64,000 bases of DNA, taken from contig OZ260661.1 in the NCBI GenBank assembly GCA_965285935.1, positions 60,884,001-60,948,000 of the forward strand, in the 5' to 3' direction. The position numbers were made by a program, and so were the translations under genes. The DNA comes from Ophelia neglecta. Taxonomy: Eukaryota. The number at the start of each line of letters is the position of its first letter. The first letter of the stretch is position 1. Positions 37,502 through 52,576 of the stretch are shown in pieces. The notes beneath the pieces are model-generated. The model saw nothing but the letters and a program-made list of their open reading frames with translations, was not told the DNA's origin and did not search any database.

Positions 37502-40500
37502 TCCCACTTCCATCGATTCATTGCAAAATATGTACAACAGTTCATTTGTTCTTAAAGTGCAGACCAAAACATTCCCTTTAATGACAAAATAATACATCGT
37601 AATCCAGACATAAGAAATGTCCAGGACCACCTATGGAATCTGAGTTTTTAAGTTGCGATGCCAGTCTATTTTGTTTTATTTAACCTGAAATAAAATATGT
37701 CCCCTCTGGGTCTAAAACTTCTACATCAAACTTCGAGAATTTCACATCTAAAACTGCAACAGATGTTTCTTGTTTGGTAAATGATATCGTTGAAGAGAAT
37801 GTCGACGATTCTTTAAAAAATACGAGGCAGACCTTTATGCATAAACGATCTTGAGGATATTCTGACCAAGGCGCCTTTACTGGAAGGTCAGCGTTCCTTC
37901 CGCCATTATCAGCCTCGCAGTAAATTCCAAGTTAAATTTGATTGACGGAGTCTGCCGTAAACAATTTTAGGGCTCCTTCTGGCAGGAGAGTTGACAAGAA
38001 CATAGCTACCGGGCTGCACGATGGGACTTGGGTCTTCATCCCTACACTCGGTCCGATCAATCTAAATTTGCAAGAACTAGCCCTGGCGCAAATTTTCCTT
38101 CAGTTGGGATATATATTTCCCTTAACTTTGAAGCACCTAGGGCTTTTGTAGGTGTGCCTAAAGACAGACCCCATACCTTTTATCCTGGCAACATGAAGTG
38201 AATGACGCAGATCAGGTATAATTGACTTGTGAATAATACCAACGGGGATGAAATCGGAGTGGTAAATGCGATTCGCTTTTCTCGCTGACAATCAAAACCT
38301 CGGAGGGAATAATACAAAACATGACCCAACGGAAGTAATCATTTTCCTCTTATTTAATCCCAACAAATACAATTTCTTCTAAAGCCAAACGAGTTATGGT
38401 TAATGCAAATAGGACAACAAATGTTTTGCCTACAAAATAGTCCGAAGTGTCATAAATAGTGCCTACTGAACACTTTAGCAGCCGATAAATAGGGAATGGG
38501 TCCAACTATTTTCATAGCACAAAGAAAATACGACTATTACTATAACTACAGACAAATGAAATTCAGAATACCGATAGCTGGGCAAACTACGACAAAACAA
38601 AATATATAGACTCCGAGGCTTGTTAAGATTGCCCTGCCCCAATAAGAAAACATTCGGATGCAGTGAGAACATTGTTTTTTGCTTCTTGTTTCATCAAATT
38701 AACTGTAAATACTATATACACCCAGCTGAAGAAACGAAGGAACCATAATACATATATGTGGATTTTTTTACATACTTAAATCTTTCGCTATCTACTATTG
38801 AATAGAGAATATTCCTCCATGTCAACGAGGTGTATAGAATGTACTGGCTGTAAAAAATAATCACCAGAATACGTGACTGTTACTATAATAAATAAATAAA
38901 CATAGATTAATGCTAACTTGATTTACCAAATATTTAAACCATTTTATTTGAGCCTATTTCCACGAGGAACTTTTCAATCGACATAAGTCGTCTGCGAGCT
39001 GGTTGGTGTGTTGATGCTTTTGCTTCACACAAACCAGCTGCTAGAAACAGGCAGTGTCGGTCTATCGAAATATCAAAGAAGGGAAAACGTAAAGAATAAT
39101 AACTATCAAAATCTTCCTACAAGGCACATAGGAAATCCTGGGGGTGACATGGGTCGCCCATAAACAATTCTAAAATATCAATATCACCTATTTTATAAAT
39201 GAATAGCATTCTGGCGTTGCCCTACTAGCACCATTATTAAGGAAGAACACATCTATAGGGTGGTTATATCCTTAAATGTTAATAATTAGATTGTCATAAC
39301 ATATACAATTATTATAGAATCCAGTAAGGAAATACAAGTATTTTTTATATTTTAGAATATTTCTTGATCATTCATTCGTTGAAACAAATAGTATTATTTT
39401 GCCGAATAGAAATTTATCGCTAGTTTTCCGATAAAAAGAGTTGGCAGATGTTCACTTCTAAAATCACGATTGATCCCTGTCAAAGAATGGCAGGGAATAG
39501 CGGTAGAAAATTAACCAGATGTGACTAACTAGAGAAACTACACTACGTAGTGTCCTGAGGGGTTTCAAACGTGCCTCCACACTGACACCCCATATTATAT
39601 AAATCTGTACTGAGTACTGATTTGAAGTTTAATCACGAACAGACAGAAATATTTATCGGATAACATTATCATTATGGCCTGGGTGGTAATAATCAATTAA
39701 ATTCGAAACTATTAATTTCGTTAAAAGTTTGCCTGGAATATTTAACTTTCTTTCTGTCTGACATACCCAGATAAAACCAAGTAAAAATAATCATTTCTAA
39801 TCAGGCCCAGCACGACTGAATTGTGTATCTTTTGATTGGATGACATTTAAAGGTCAACACATTTCAACCGTAATAGATTGTTTTTGCTTAAACTGTTGAT
39901 TAAACTTCAAGGTTTATGCATGAAATAAACTTTGTTCTTATTAGAAATGAATTTCAACATTATATATAGGCTTTCTATATATAAATATATATGTATGGCC
40001 TGTGTAGAATGATGTTTATCAGCCTTAGAACAGTCTTTAAAAGCACTGGATAAAAAACAACATTCTAAGCCGACTTCCTAAGGAATGAAAAATTAAAGGA
40101 ATAACATGAGATGTCAGCCTAAATTCCGGTAAAAGTGGGGTTCTCTCCCGGCTCCGTGGGCATTATATTCATGTCTGGTTTTCCTATTAACAGCACAAAA
40201 GGAGCTTTAGTCGAATCGCATTGGGCCGAATGTTGCACGCATACCAATCTCCCTCGCTCGATTTAAATTGATTTCGTCTACTGTCTTCGGTGGAATTAGG
40301 AAAACCGGATAAAGAAAGATTCAATACATAATGCATGTAAGCAATTACCCTGTTGGCGCAGAAACAAAGACCAAGCGGCGTTATTATTCACCAGGCAACA
40401 TCCTCTAAAATTGTCATCATTCCTTGAGCAGCTTTTCAGGGTTGTGCGGCTTTCCAAACCTTTTGGGGCAGTCTTTTTAAGAGATTAGGGAAATGGAAAT

Positions 40501-43500
40501 TCAGTGGTTTGTTGTGAGAGAGGCCACTATCTTATTTTCCCAAACGATCCGCAACAGCGCCTCATTTTGTAGACTGAAAGGCAATTTTAAGCCGTCCAAG
40601 AGAGGAGTCGATATTTCGCCCGCTGGCCATACGATTAAAGTTATCAGCTTTCGAGCAACACAGACAGTAAGACAGACAAATTCTTTCTTTTGGCATTCCA
40701 GCTGAGCCCTCAAGAAGGCATATTACATCAGATATATTCTTTTTAATTCCCTACCACTAGTTCCTAAACACAAAAAAATGGCGCTCATGTACCGGCAAGC
40801 TAAGAAGCTGAAGACTCGGAAATTATTCTTTCACTCCGAGTCAATAATCTCGGTACAGTTATTTCCGATGCGAGGAAAGGCTGATCACCTTTCCTTCGAC
40901 CCATTGTCAAAATAACTCATATAATTGGCAATTTAGCTGGGATATATGCAAAACATGTAAGCATGCCAAACGTTGAAATATTAATTTTGCTGTCAGGCCG
41001 ATGTTGGACAAGACCCCTGTGGTGGGAACCTAGACAAAATGACTGTGATTCAGAGAGTAAGCCTCGACTCGTAAACACCCCATGATGTAACACGGCCTTT
41101 TAGGCTCGCTAAATATGCGATAAACACAAATGATATATTCGATATAATCTGGTGCAAAAAAATGTACATCATTTATCAACAATCTAGCGTCCTAGCATTC
41201 GTCTGGCCTGGGGTTCCGCTTCCCTCCAAGGCTGCACCTCGCCATACTAGGAGCCATAAATCTTTGATAAATGTCTACTTCAATTTGTGTCAAAACCTGC
41301 GGCCTGGACCTATTCTTGACACTTTTGCTATATACACGGTGTTGCAACAGTAAACATGCGATATGAGATACAGCTGCTAACCTCTAATAGCCAAATCATA
41401 AACGGGCTGCAGCAATGCAAATGTGGCCATGGCAATTTCATCGGAATATTATCATCAGTCACCAAGTTTTTAGACAAGCTTATTATAAGCCTTGAGCGAA
41501 TGCAATTTTCCCAGAAATTCACCTTGAAAGCAACTACAACGACCTTCTCGGGCTGTCCTCCACGGAATGACAGGAATTGATTAATATGATACCAGCAATC
41601 TATAAGAAACAGCAATATTATGGGCACTCTGGTTCTCATGATACCTCTATAGCTCTGATCCGATGGCAAGAATTCCTTGCCAATTACATTGAAAGTGATC
41701 AAAAAATACCAACCTTGTTCTAAAACCGACACAGCCTTCTCTGTGTTGGAGAGTGGTGGAGAGCTTTGCACACTTTTGGTGTCTCGGTTAATAAGGACAT
41801 AGGATGGTTGTGGCCACTGCAGATGTAGAAACGAAAAGGATAACAGTCAAAGACTTAACAGTAATGAGTCGGTAGATCACCTCCCCTAGTCGTCAGGTCC
41901 AGAGTGGATATGTCCGACTACACCCAATATTTCATTTCACCTATAATTGCGCACACCTTCCGAATTTACGTTTCCGTTCATCGTTCTATTAATAATGTAA
42001 ACTGCTTCTTTCTCTGAGCTGAGGATTCTACTAAATTCACTTCGAGTCTGAAGACTGGTTATTTTGTTCTAAAGAGCGGCTGGGATGTAAATAAGCGTGT
42101 TCTTGACATCTTGGAGTAACCTGCAAAGCTCCCTATGATATATACCATCTAATTTGACAAACGCGGAATGCTCTGTGCTTCTCCAAGACATTACCATTGT
42201 TCTGTCTTGGACTTTCTTGTCTCTCCATTAGTCCTTGGAGGGCCTGGACAATTAATCTTACCAATAACCCGAAACACCCAGCCCACAGTCTCATGTCTAC
42301 TTTACATTTGTAGTCAAACTCGCTGATTATCACCTGTGACATTTCGATTAGTGTCTTATTGGAAATATTTCTTTATCGTTTTTTTTAGACGATGGCCTTT
42401 CCTTGCTAATCATACTTTAATTGCGCTCTCAGTGTGAAATATATAAATCTCCTTCTTGAGATCCCCAAGAGGACATGCCGTTAAGAGTTGTGGAGGGGAA
42501 ATGTCAAACCAAGTCATTGTTTGAAGGGAAATGTCAAGAAGTCATGAAAATACATAACAGACTTTCCATTCATCAGCTAGCCCTCTGACCAGTCTTAGTT
42601 ATTTTGTTACCTCCCTAAGAACAAAGAAAATGCTGACATGAACAAAGCAGGTCTTCCAGGTATCTTTGACAGGACTCCCATCCCCATGAAAATGAGATGG
42701 CCATAAACAGGCGCCTCTAACTGATGCATATCCTGGTCAAATCCTTGATATCTTAGATCACGAAATGGGAAAATTATTCATAGTAATTTGCTAACCTCTC
42801 CTACACGTAAGCTGCTGTATCGAAAAACAACAGGGAGGCAGCACTTTTGTCATAAATTTCGGAGAGCTTTATCCGCCATTTATCGATTCAACGTCTGCCT
42901 GGAAGAATCAGCTGACAGTGGTATTAAATCTGCAATATTTGGATGAAAATTACACTGCGTCAAAACTGAAATTCGTTTTTTGCATACTGCTGAAATATTA
43001 ATATTGCAGAAAGGTAAGGCATTATAGAAAATTTCTTATCAAGCCATATAGCAATATCTCACCGAGAAAATATCGACCAATTCAAAAAAACGGCAACAAA
43101 AATTATTGCCTTTCGCTATGGGATACAAAGAACAAAAAGCGAGTTGCATACTTGACACGTAGCTGAATTCGTCCTATTCCTTAAAACACAGGCAACACAA
43201 TATATTTAACCTAGGCGTAACCCTACAATTTTCGTCGTCTGACCAGGTTTCTTGATATATACGGGTCTTAGATTCGTTTTGAAATATATTAGAAATATAT
43301 TGAAAGAATCACCTGAGAGTATTTGTGCTTCAAATGCCACTATTTAAACGTCTGTTATTATTATATAGATAGTGTCCCAGCGAAATCAAATTGATATATT
43401 TTAGCATTTTAAACTTGGTCTGTTTGATATAGAGTCATGAAATTCCATATAGGATAATATTGGTATGCAGTGGTCAGACATTAAAAAGAGTATTCTCATT

Positions 43501-46500
43501 TTGGGCGTTGGTTTGTTTACCCATTCACTGATAATTTCTCTGTTGTCTTTATTTCAAATTTGCTCTGGATGAAGGCTCATCTTTGCCACATAGAACTTGA
43601 TGCCTGATAAATAAAACAGTTGATAATTTAGATTCTACAAAAACGTACCAGGTCTTTATATGCTGGAGAGAATTGTGATGACCCTGTTTAGGATTTCGTT
43701 TAAATAGGGTTGCCATTCGACGAAGTGGAGTATTCCGGCGGCCGGGCTAAGACGCCATCTTGTCGAAACTTCAGCATTTGCGACCTTTACCTTCGAACAG
43801 ATCATTGCGCACCAAAAGTAGCACATAAAATCAACATGTCTAAGCAGCTCTGTGCTAGCTACCTCTGCTGGACAATGTACAAACCAAGAGTTGAAGTTGA
43901 AGGTGTATTTTTAGAGTGAAGCTCTTGCAGAGCGTACTGGCGAAAACTTTTTAGAGCTAAATGGGAAGCATGTTCACAAGCGGGGCCTTGCCAAGGGCAA
44001 CCAACAAGTACTAGATAAACAGAGCTGGGTTTACAATAGAATGTTTGGCAAAACCTGGAGATAATAGAGGCGTAATTTGGACAAACTGGGGCCTCGAGCA
44101 GTTTCTTTAAGTGCTGCTTGTCAATGTCTGAAATATAGGACACAAGAATTGGCCTTATGAAGTGCAACGCACTACTTTTTTCTTATTCCCATGAGCACAA
44201 CCTGTTTCTCAATGTTTGACAATAATCTTTCCCCTCTAGAGTATTTATCAAGTATTCGTGGTGGGTTTACCCTTCAGAAATAATCAACAACCGCTTTTGT
44301 TGGTTTTCTTTCGAAACAAAGTTTATCAGACACACTAGATCCAGAACAGTGATAAAAATGGCAGGTGATGAGAGTTTGACTTTTTATGTAGAGTACACTA
44401 ACAAACCAACGATGGAATATCTTAAATCATCGAAATAAATTTTGTGCCAATAGACATGCCCGTTTGTTCGTTGCAAAAAAATGTTATCGCTTGGAATTAC
44501 ACTGAGTGTTGTTCTGCATTTTCTTACGAAATGTTTTTGAATATAGTCATCAGTTCACTGCACTTAAGTTCTAAGTTCAAGTTCAGCGGTTAAGCAATAT
44601 TTACCTTTGTTGTTATTATTAATGCAAGTTCTCTAGGTTTAAAGAAAAATTAATTCCTCGTAATAAGTTATTTCGTGTCGTTAGTTTTATAGTTATTGAA
44701 CAAAGTAATACGATGGAGGTAACCAAAGATCTAAAATCTAAAATAATAGATCTTATTATTGTTTATGTTTAAAACTATATATGGTTGGCCTATTGCCTAT
44801 GTTACCTGCCCTGACAAAGGGTGTTTTGCACTCTTTCTGAGCAAACTCAAATCATTAAAGGTATGACAATGATAGGTGTGGTGGGAAATTATGAAAAATC
44901 ACACTGCCTTTTTTCATTATATTTAAAAAGAATCATATATGAAGTTTCTGTTGGTCAGAATTGGTTGTTCACTGAGAACTGTCGGTCATTGTTTTGAAAG
45001 GGGAGGAATAAAAAGAAAATATAACAAGAAAAAGAAATATACCTTATTACCTTATGCTTGTCAAATCGACGCTATTAAATATAATATGAAAAAACAGTAT
45101 ATATATATTGTAATATAGGCCTTCATTAAAATCTTCTATTGCAGCATCATTACCCAAATGTTCATATTCAAAGTTTCCAAACTTGCTGCATTGTCATAAG
45201 TAATTATAAGGGAAAAATCGATTTCTAACGCATATGTGTGTGTCAAGTTTGTATTTTCATTTCGTCGAAAAGTATGCACATATTAAATATTGTTGTTATT
45301 CCAGTCTATTTGGAGATTCTCCTGTCGTCAATAAATTTACAGTTTATTTTCTATAGTTTTTATTCTACACACCTTTTCAAGTAGTTTATTTTGCAAAACG
45401 ACAGCCGTTTTTCTCTTATTTTTGCAATTTTGACACAAGTATACTCTAGCATGTTTTCCTTATATATAATGCCAATACTTTTAGCATTTTTCCTATCATA
45501 CTTTCAGTATTTTGTACCCTGTTTGCTGTAGTTTATTTCCTATCAGACAATAGTGTTCATAGCTTGATTGCAATAGTACTGAAATAAATACAGAACATAT
45601 CATGCTTAATAGAGAACCATTCAAAAGACTATTGATCAAAAGAGGTTAGACCAAGGTCTAGCCCGCTACGAATCACTTCTTAACTTGCAGTAGAAAAATG
45701 TTTCGCATGGTTCCTGATAAATAGATAATGCATCTACTGTAAAAATAAATGTATTGGTTAGACTTTTCCGAGCAGGGTATGAAAAAGCACTCGAGGTGTT
45801 CCATGGCATTTCCCACGCCAAGCTCTGGTATGCTGAAGGGCCTAAATGTAGGCTTACTAGTAATAATATCAATGTTTGCAGTGTACCCGATAATATATTT
45901 ATATATAGTCTCATTATCTATTATTTTCTCACTTCCTTTACTTTAAAGATACGTGCACTATTATCTAAATTTAGAATTTTTATAAACAAACAAGACGAGC
46001 CGTTACGAAATGCCTGCTACATTAAGAATTTGAAATTTGGTGCCTGGTACACCTATAATAGGTACCAAGAATGTATGCAAGAACCACACGTAATTTCGTT
46101 ATAAGAAATTGAGATACATGTAGACACTTGTAATCAGCATCTGACATCTGGAACTTGGCACAGACACATCCGTAAAGTGCAAAAAAAGAACACTATTTAT
46201 CACCCAAATTCCATTGACTACATAACTTATATATTTAAATGAAAGACATAAATCGTCAGCGTTGTTTGAAATAATTGGTATATCCCTTCTAGGTATTGGG
46301 TTACTATAAAAATAAGTAGATTATTCTAGATATTTCATAGAGGACCCTGTTTTTTAACTTTTAAATAATTGTACACTGAACGTGTCTTGGTACATGTAGG
46401 TACAACCTAGAGCGCCAATACCTAAGCTGAAGACACCTCGATGTAACTACACAAACAAACCATTGAAATGAATTTTTCAAACAAGTCTTCAGCTGATTGG

Positions 46501-46910
46501 TTCTTGAAAAGACCGTTGAATCATAGCTTCAACAATGTTTGGTTAATTTAACAAGGTCGTATATTCGTCAGCAAAATGCACGGTTAACTTGTACACTTGT
46601 AGTACATTCAAAAGCCAAAGAAAGTTAAACTTAAATGTCAATTATTTGCAATCTTTGTATACAAGTATATCTTTATATTTATGTGATATATCTGTTCGGC
46701 AATTAGGCCTACTTCAATCAAAGCTAGGCCCAAACAATGTCATTAAAGATCTAAACACGAAATCAGACGAGCGCATGAAATTGTAGGACTTTCCGGTTAC
46801 ATCCAAATAAACAAGGCTTCATTGTTATCAGCGATGCATCCAGGCCGCTGCAGCTGACCTTGTCTAATCACTTTTCGTAAGACCCGCCATGCCAACTTCT
46901 TATGGAATTT

Positions 46911-46996
46911 GATTGGCGGGTTAGCAAAACGCAGAACAGAAATACTAAATATATCTGCACCTACCACGTGACGCGTCATAAATTCCTCCGCCATGG
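46911..46996. promoter_or_regulatory. CCAAT + CACGTGAC + GTCATAAA + CCGCCAT motif block
   Basis: ATTGG 46912, CACGTGACGC 46965, GTCATAAA 46975, CCGCCATGG 46988. Confidence 0.3.
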
Positions 46997-49900
46997 CTTG
47001 TCTCTCTTGCCAGCCCACCCCCGGTGTACGCTCCGGTTACTCTCAAACAACAATCCACTTTATAGTGTCAACCAGCAGCCGAGGGTCAGTGCTGTCAATT
47101 TGCGGAATGACGTGCTTTTAGTTTTACTAGCTTTAGATGAGAGTCTACGACGGGCAAATAATGCGCTGTCAGACCCAGTCATAGCTTCTGGCTTAGCATT
47201 TTATCAGCGTATACATCTAAATGGAAGACCACCGGAGAGAATGCGGCCGGACAAGTTACACGACAGTGATTTCAATCGATCCCATTATTTTGTTCAGGAC
47301 ATCTCCATCCCTTGGTAATTACAGGTGTTGGCCGGGCTCGCCACCGGGGGCTTCTCTGCCTCGACCTATTTGTCAACAACTTCTCCCGCTCGAAAATCAA
47401 CAAGAGCAAAGAAAACAGTCCATCATTTTATTTTTGCTCAAGTGAGCCGTGACTAAACTAGAGAATACAGTCATTTGGCTCAAAACTAAAGAACTGCAGA
47501 AAATAAACCTGTCAAGCTAAGTGGGCTGCTGCTATGACAATAAATGCTTATCAAAAGACACAATGCATTCGGCAACTAGTTGTCAGGACATCAAATTGAG
47601 GACCGTGCTCAATAAAACAAAACAATAAAAGGCGGGTCAATGGTTGAAGAATTCAGCATCGAGTGCCTCACATGCCGGGTTTGTGAGTATTTTATGGGAG
47701 CCGCGGTCGAGCCCGAGATAAAACCTCACGTTTTGGGGACAGGTAGACCATAAAACATGGAATCAAGTGCTCTTAAAGGCTTCATGCTTGTCGCCAGAAA
47801 ATATTGCCACTGCGGTGCTGCCGGGACAGGGCAATTCAAAGAATTTGTCCCGTTCCCAAAGCAAACTGTTGGCCGATATAAGGTACGAGATACGAGAAAA
47901 GAGAAAGGCATTAAAACGAGTCCCGCCGGAAAAGTCCGAGCCGTATGTCACGAGGTGACAGGACGACATATTTCAGGGGTAACTGGTACAGACAGAATGC
48001 ACATAGGGACAGAAAACGCGTGCCAATTGCTACCCAATTGATGTAAAGTTCTCTCCCTTCTGCCAGTTTGTTGTACATCAAAAAAGAAATATGGAGGGCC
48101 CAGAATAAAGTGCCATTACTAGCAGTAGCATTCGTCTTCCTTTGTCCTCCAAGCTCCCCAGTCCCTGCCCGATTTATCATAGTTTCAGCTGATCCTGGAC
48201 ATCAATACATCGACACGCTCACCCACGGCAACTTCCTATTATGTCGCGTCTAATACCAGCCGGAGGAAATCAACTCAGATGCCCGGAGGTATAGCCATAA
48301 ATAAATCAATCCCAGCTATCGGAAAATTGCCAGGACTACCCTCCAGAAAGACTGGCAACTTGGCATACCGATGGCATTTTGACATAATTTACAATCGGAG
48401 ACACTGCAATGGAGATCATTAAAACACTCACTTGAAATGATTTTTTTTTTGACTGCTCGAGAATATCCGGTGCCGTTTTGATATAACTATTCTGAGTTTT
48501 ATCAACGGCCCACTTACAAGCCATTTATGGATGGCAATGATGAAAAACCAAGAGTTTAAAAGGTAAATTCACGTTGCATTGGCCATGACAACTATCTTGT
48601 ATGAAACAAGCCATGCTATGCAGGTTAAAGAGATCACATCTGGTTTACATACAATTTAGGAAGCAGACATCTGGCTCAGGCCTGAGTTAGTGAGTGTCTG
48701 TTAAGAGTAGCTATAGGTCAAGAGAACCTTTTACTGCAAGGACTCTGTGCGATCCCTCTGGCCATTTGGATCAAATCCAGCAAACGTGACTTAAAATAAA
48801 TGGCTCTAAGTCAGAAAGAGCAATGGCCTCTGTACAGGGTACATCTGTATTTTATTCTGTATACAATTTCTGTCTAACAAAGCAAGTAGTGTAGCCATTG
48901 TTGTAGGAGAGCAGACCACTCGACTCGTCTTTCAGGTACCTGTAGCCCGCCTGAAATACAATCTCCTTTCTCAGATACCCGGATCACAAGATTACTCCGG
49001 CCTCCTCTATTTTCCATTATATGACATTAGTAACCAGATCACCACTGCATAGGCATCGATAACACGAGCACTGATGTCAAAATGCTTTTAACCCCGTTAC
49101 TAACCGTATGTTCGCACTGAAAGTCGATATCTATCTTACAATGAAATGCTTTCCAATTGAGCTCGTAAATTAACAAAATTAAGTCAGCGGGAACCCATGA
49201 ACGTTAAGTAGTTATTCTGAGGCTGCATTTAGCGCTCTTGATTAAGTTGTTGGTCGAAGTTGCCCATTTGGAGCTCTGATGGGAGTGGTAGAAGTATTAA
49301 AAACTTTGCCTCTTCCAAGAAGTTTTCGATTGACGTCATTCGACGAGAACGCCCTCGTGTGTGAATCAGAGGCGTGCTACTACATGCAAGTGCTTCTTAC
49401 TGGAATGCAATCTCCGCTATACTCCTTAGATAGACTTGTCCTCAATGCATAGCAGGGCCTTATGTCTTTACAAGGCGGAGACACGTGATTCTTCAAATGC
49501 ACTACAAAACATCGCCATGAGAAATGAGTAAATATGAATTGCGCAAGAAAAAACCAATTATTTCAAAAGGAAAAATGACCTAAAAGATGACTCAATATAG
49601 AACCTAAGTGGCGATACGTGACTTCTTTTGTTCAACTCTTTCTTATTAAAGAGTAAGCTAAAACACGACCTTGGTTTTGCAGAAGGGAAAATATATAGAT
49701 CAAGATGATGGGAGTGAGGCATGCGAGCTGCGTGTCTAACTCAAAGCCGGGAGTAAGAACTTCAAGGCCCTTTGACAGACGACACTGCTCCCTAAGAATT
49801 CTGATGTCAGCAGAAAATTGATGCAGCCGTGATTTATTCACCCAGACGACAGCACTTTGTGGTCGGTAGATGGAAAATCAATGAGGGTTGCATGCCTAGA

Positions 49901-51711
49901 TTTAAAGCTCATGAATGTGGAATGGACCTCAGCGGCGACTGACTGCCAACATTAGCCTCGACAGCCGAGTCAAAAACACTTTGTGTCTTCTTGTAAATGT
50001 TACCAAACAATTCTTTCTTAACTTTTCTGATTCGTCTCAATACGGCATTGTTATGGTGTTAATTGAAAAATTACTAGGGTCACATTTAACCCTAGGATTA
50101 AAATATTTGAACATTAATTTCTGCAGTACACTTTATACTATAAGTCGTGGTTTAACACAAGTACACACCACTGTAACACGGTTGTGGTATTTTAAATCAC
50201 AATGTACCACTACAAAAATTGATCACAGATTTTATCTTATAAAAAGGCATGCATATGTAGGTCTATGTCTGGGAAAAATATTTCAAAAAATCACCAAAGA
50301 CCTTTTTAGGAACAGAGTGCGAAGGGAGTCTATTTACACTTAAAAAATCGTGAACATTTAGAAAATTAAAGTTCAGTTCCTCCACTTGCCGATCACTAAA
50401 TCACCCATTTAAAAAGGAGTAAATAGCCAAACGCCTCACTAAAATAAAATAAATAGCCTTTATCTTCTTCAGACATTCCCAAACCATGCATGAGCATTGG
50501 CCATGAAATGACTAATATTTCTTATTTCCCTTAAAATTGTAAATTACAGCCGTGTTCCCTTGGCTTAACTTCTCATTGCGTTCAACTATATTTTTCTGAA
50601 AGTCCTTTATTTACATGTATTCATCCAAGGCCAAGGGCACAGCTTTGTTCTTTTTGGCCAAAGTTGCGATTAATTTCGATAGAAGCATCCCATATGAGAA
50701 ATAAATTGTTTGCGAATACAAATCATTAATGGCGAAAAAAGCTATCGGCCTCTGAACAACCTTCAGTTAAGATATAGTAGGCAAAGTACCAGTGTACAAT
50801 GTAGCTCTCCAGACTTGAGAACCGCTTCACAATAATGGGGCCCTATCTCTACGAGGGAGTAAGAGATCTTGAGCAACTTGGATTTTTCATGTGCTCTCAA
50901 TTATAGCCATGAAAAACCATTGATAGGAACTATTTAATGCTTATATTTCTGACTACTTGGATCTATGCACAGCAGAGAAAAGAGCGGCCTTGAACAGCCT
51001 CGCATTTGTATGGTAAATCTCTAAAATACAGAAATAACCACTGCAAGGGAGTCATAATTTGAAGATATGAACAACTGGAGTGTGCTATCGCTCACTTGCA
51101 GTGTATTGAACAGGAAACACACCAGTGAGCACTGTGGGCAGCCCCGGCTGATATACCGGCCGCATCCACCTCACATGATCTATTCCCCATTTAGGCATTT
51201 ATCAAGTCCCCTTTATGAAATTTTCGGCTTAGGCGTAGTCTACATGAATTAATGAAGATGAAAATCATTGATCATTTTCTAGCTATAACAGAAAGGGTGG
51301 GCAGGCCCTTTCCTACTGACCTAGGGAATAGGAAACGACCTTGAACGTATCGAATTGATGAATACCGTCTAGTATACAACTAGAGACATGTATATCTGAA
51401 GCCTTGTGCTCAACCATTCGTTTAAATATTACCCTAAGACTCCCATTAAGAAAAACAACAAACAGAAATATCCCTTAGAAAGTCAATTGCTTGTTATTTT
51501 AACCTAGATTTTTCATTACTAATGCCAAAAGTGTTCCTTCTACCAATCTTCATCGGAATGACCTGGTAATTCTCAAGCCCATGATCCTACCTTTACTTAA
51601 CCCTTTTCCTCAAAACTTATTAAAATGTCAAGCCTACATTAGTAAGGGTAGTGATTTTTGACATCACTTGGCTAGCATTGTATCGTTTAGGCCTACCTTT
51701 AGGTAAGTTTC

Positions 51712-51804
51712 ATTGGACGAATAAAAGCCCCACAGCATTTGACCAATGACAGCATTCGTGTGCGTCACGTGATTTTCACAACGCGAGTGACATGATTGGC
51801 CAAT
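51712..51804. promoter_or_regulatory. NF-Y (4x CCAAT/ATTGG) + USF-type GTCACGTGA promoter-like block
   Basis: ATTGG 51712, CCAAT 51743 (31-bp spacing), GTCACGTGA 51764, palindromic ATTGGCCAAT 51795-51804. Confidence 0.4.
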
Positions 51805-52551
51805 TCGTACAATTTTCATAAGTCACAGAAAATAGTACCTAATTAAAGTATTATTGTTGACTTACACCTGTCCTATATCGACGATTGATGAAAAATATTG
51901 CTTTGACATCAAAACAAAGCGACTGAGGACATGTACGAAACCTAGGCAAACAAAAATATTTGATAACTGCCCCATTTTATTTCTTAGATATGACCCCTAC
52001 AACTTGTAAATTGCTGTGATTTTTGTTCATCGAATTTGGAACTAGTTATGCTCATAAATACAGGCTTAAACCACAAATCGATAACAAAGCAATGTAAAAA
52101 CCTAATAAAGATGTTTGTTAACCCGAATTAGGTTGAATACGTGCACATAGATTCGGATTGAAATTATGGGGAAACAAAATAAAACAAAATGTTGTAAAGA
52201 TGTATCTTAAAAGATTTTGAATAGCTTCCTAAAAACTGGCGTTTATGTATTATAAAAACTAGACACCAATGAAATAGGACAAAACATAGGGAATGAAAAC
52301 TAGAGGTACCTCAAAGAAGACAATAAGGCCTTACTCTGTTCTAGCTAATCTGATTTAGGCGAACCTAATTAGTATTTATTTAAAACCTCGCGTAAACTAG
52401 TCCTAGTTGACACATTTAAGACAAATATTGACAGAAGAAAGGACAATCCGATGATTTTACTGAAATCCAAACATAACTAACGAGCAACAATGGAAAAGAA
52501 TAATTCATTAGGAATTAAAGATAGATTTATTAATCTCAGGGGACAATTAGA

Positions 52552-52576
52552 AATGTTTGGAAAGCTTCCAAACATT
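52552..52576. repeat. Inverted repeat, perfect 11-bp stem, 3-nt loop
   Basis: AATGTTTGGAA-AGC-TTCCAAACATT. Confidence 0.85.

Noticed and set aside
32338-42721. GCGCCTCTAAC repeated at 32338 and 42711, and other CTCF-like words (~5319, ~61274)
   Set aside because: Repeated 11-mers are expected by chance in 64 kb, and none matches the full CTCF core.
48810-48841. Minus-strand TACCCTGTAC as a second miR-10 copy
   Set aside because: Similarity is limited to the seed, and there is no complementary 3p arm.
51700-51716. TAGGTAAGTTTCAT resembling miR-196
   Set aside because: It has an insertion in the seed and no hairpin, and miR-196 is chordate-restricted; it is better read as a splice-donor-like word.
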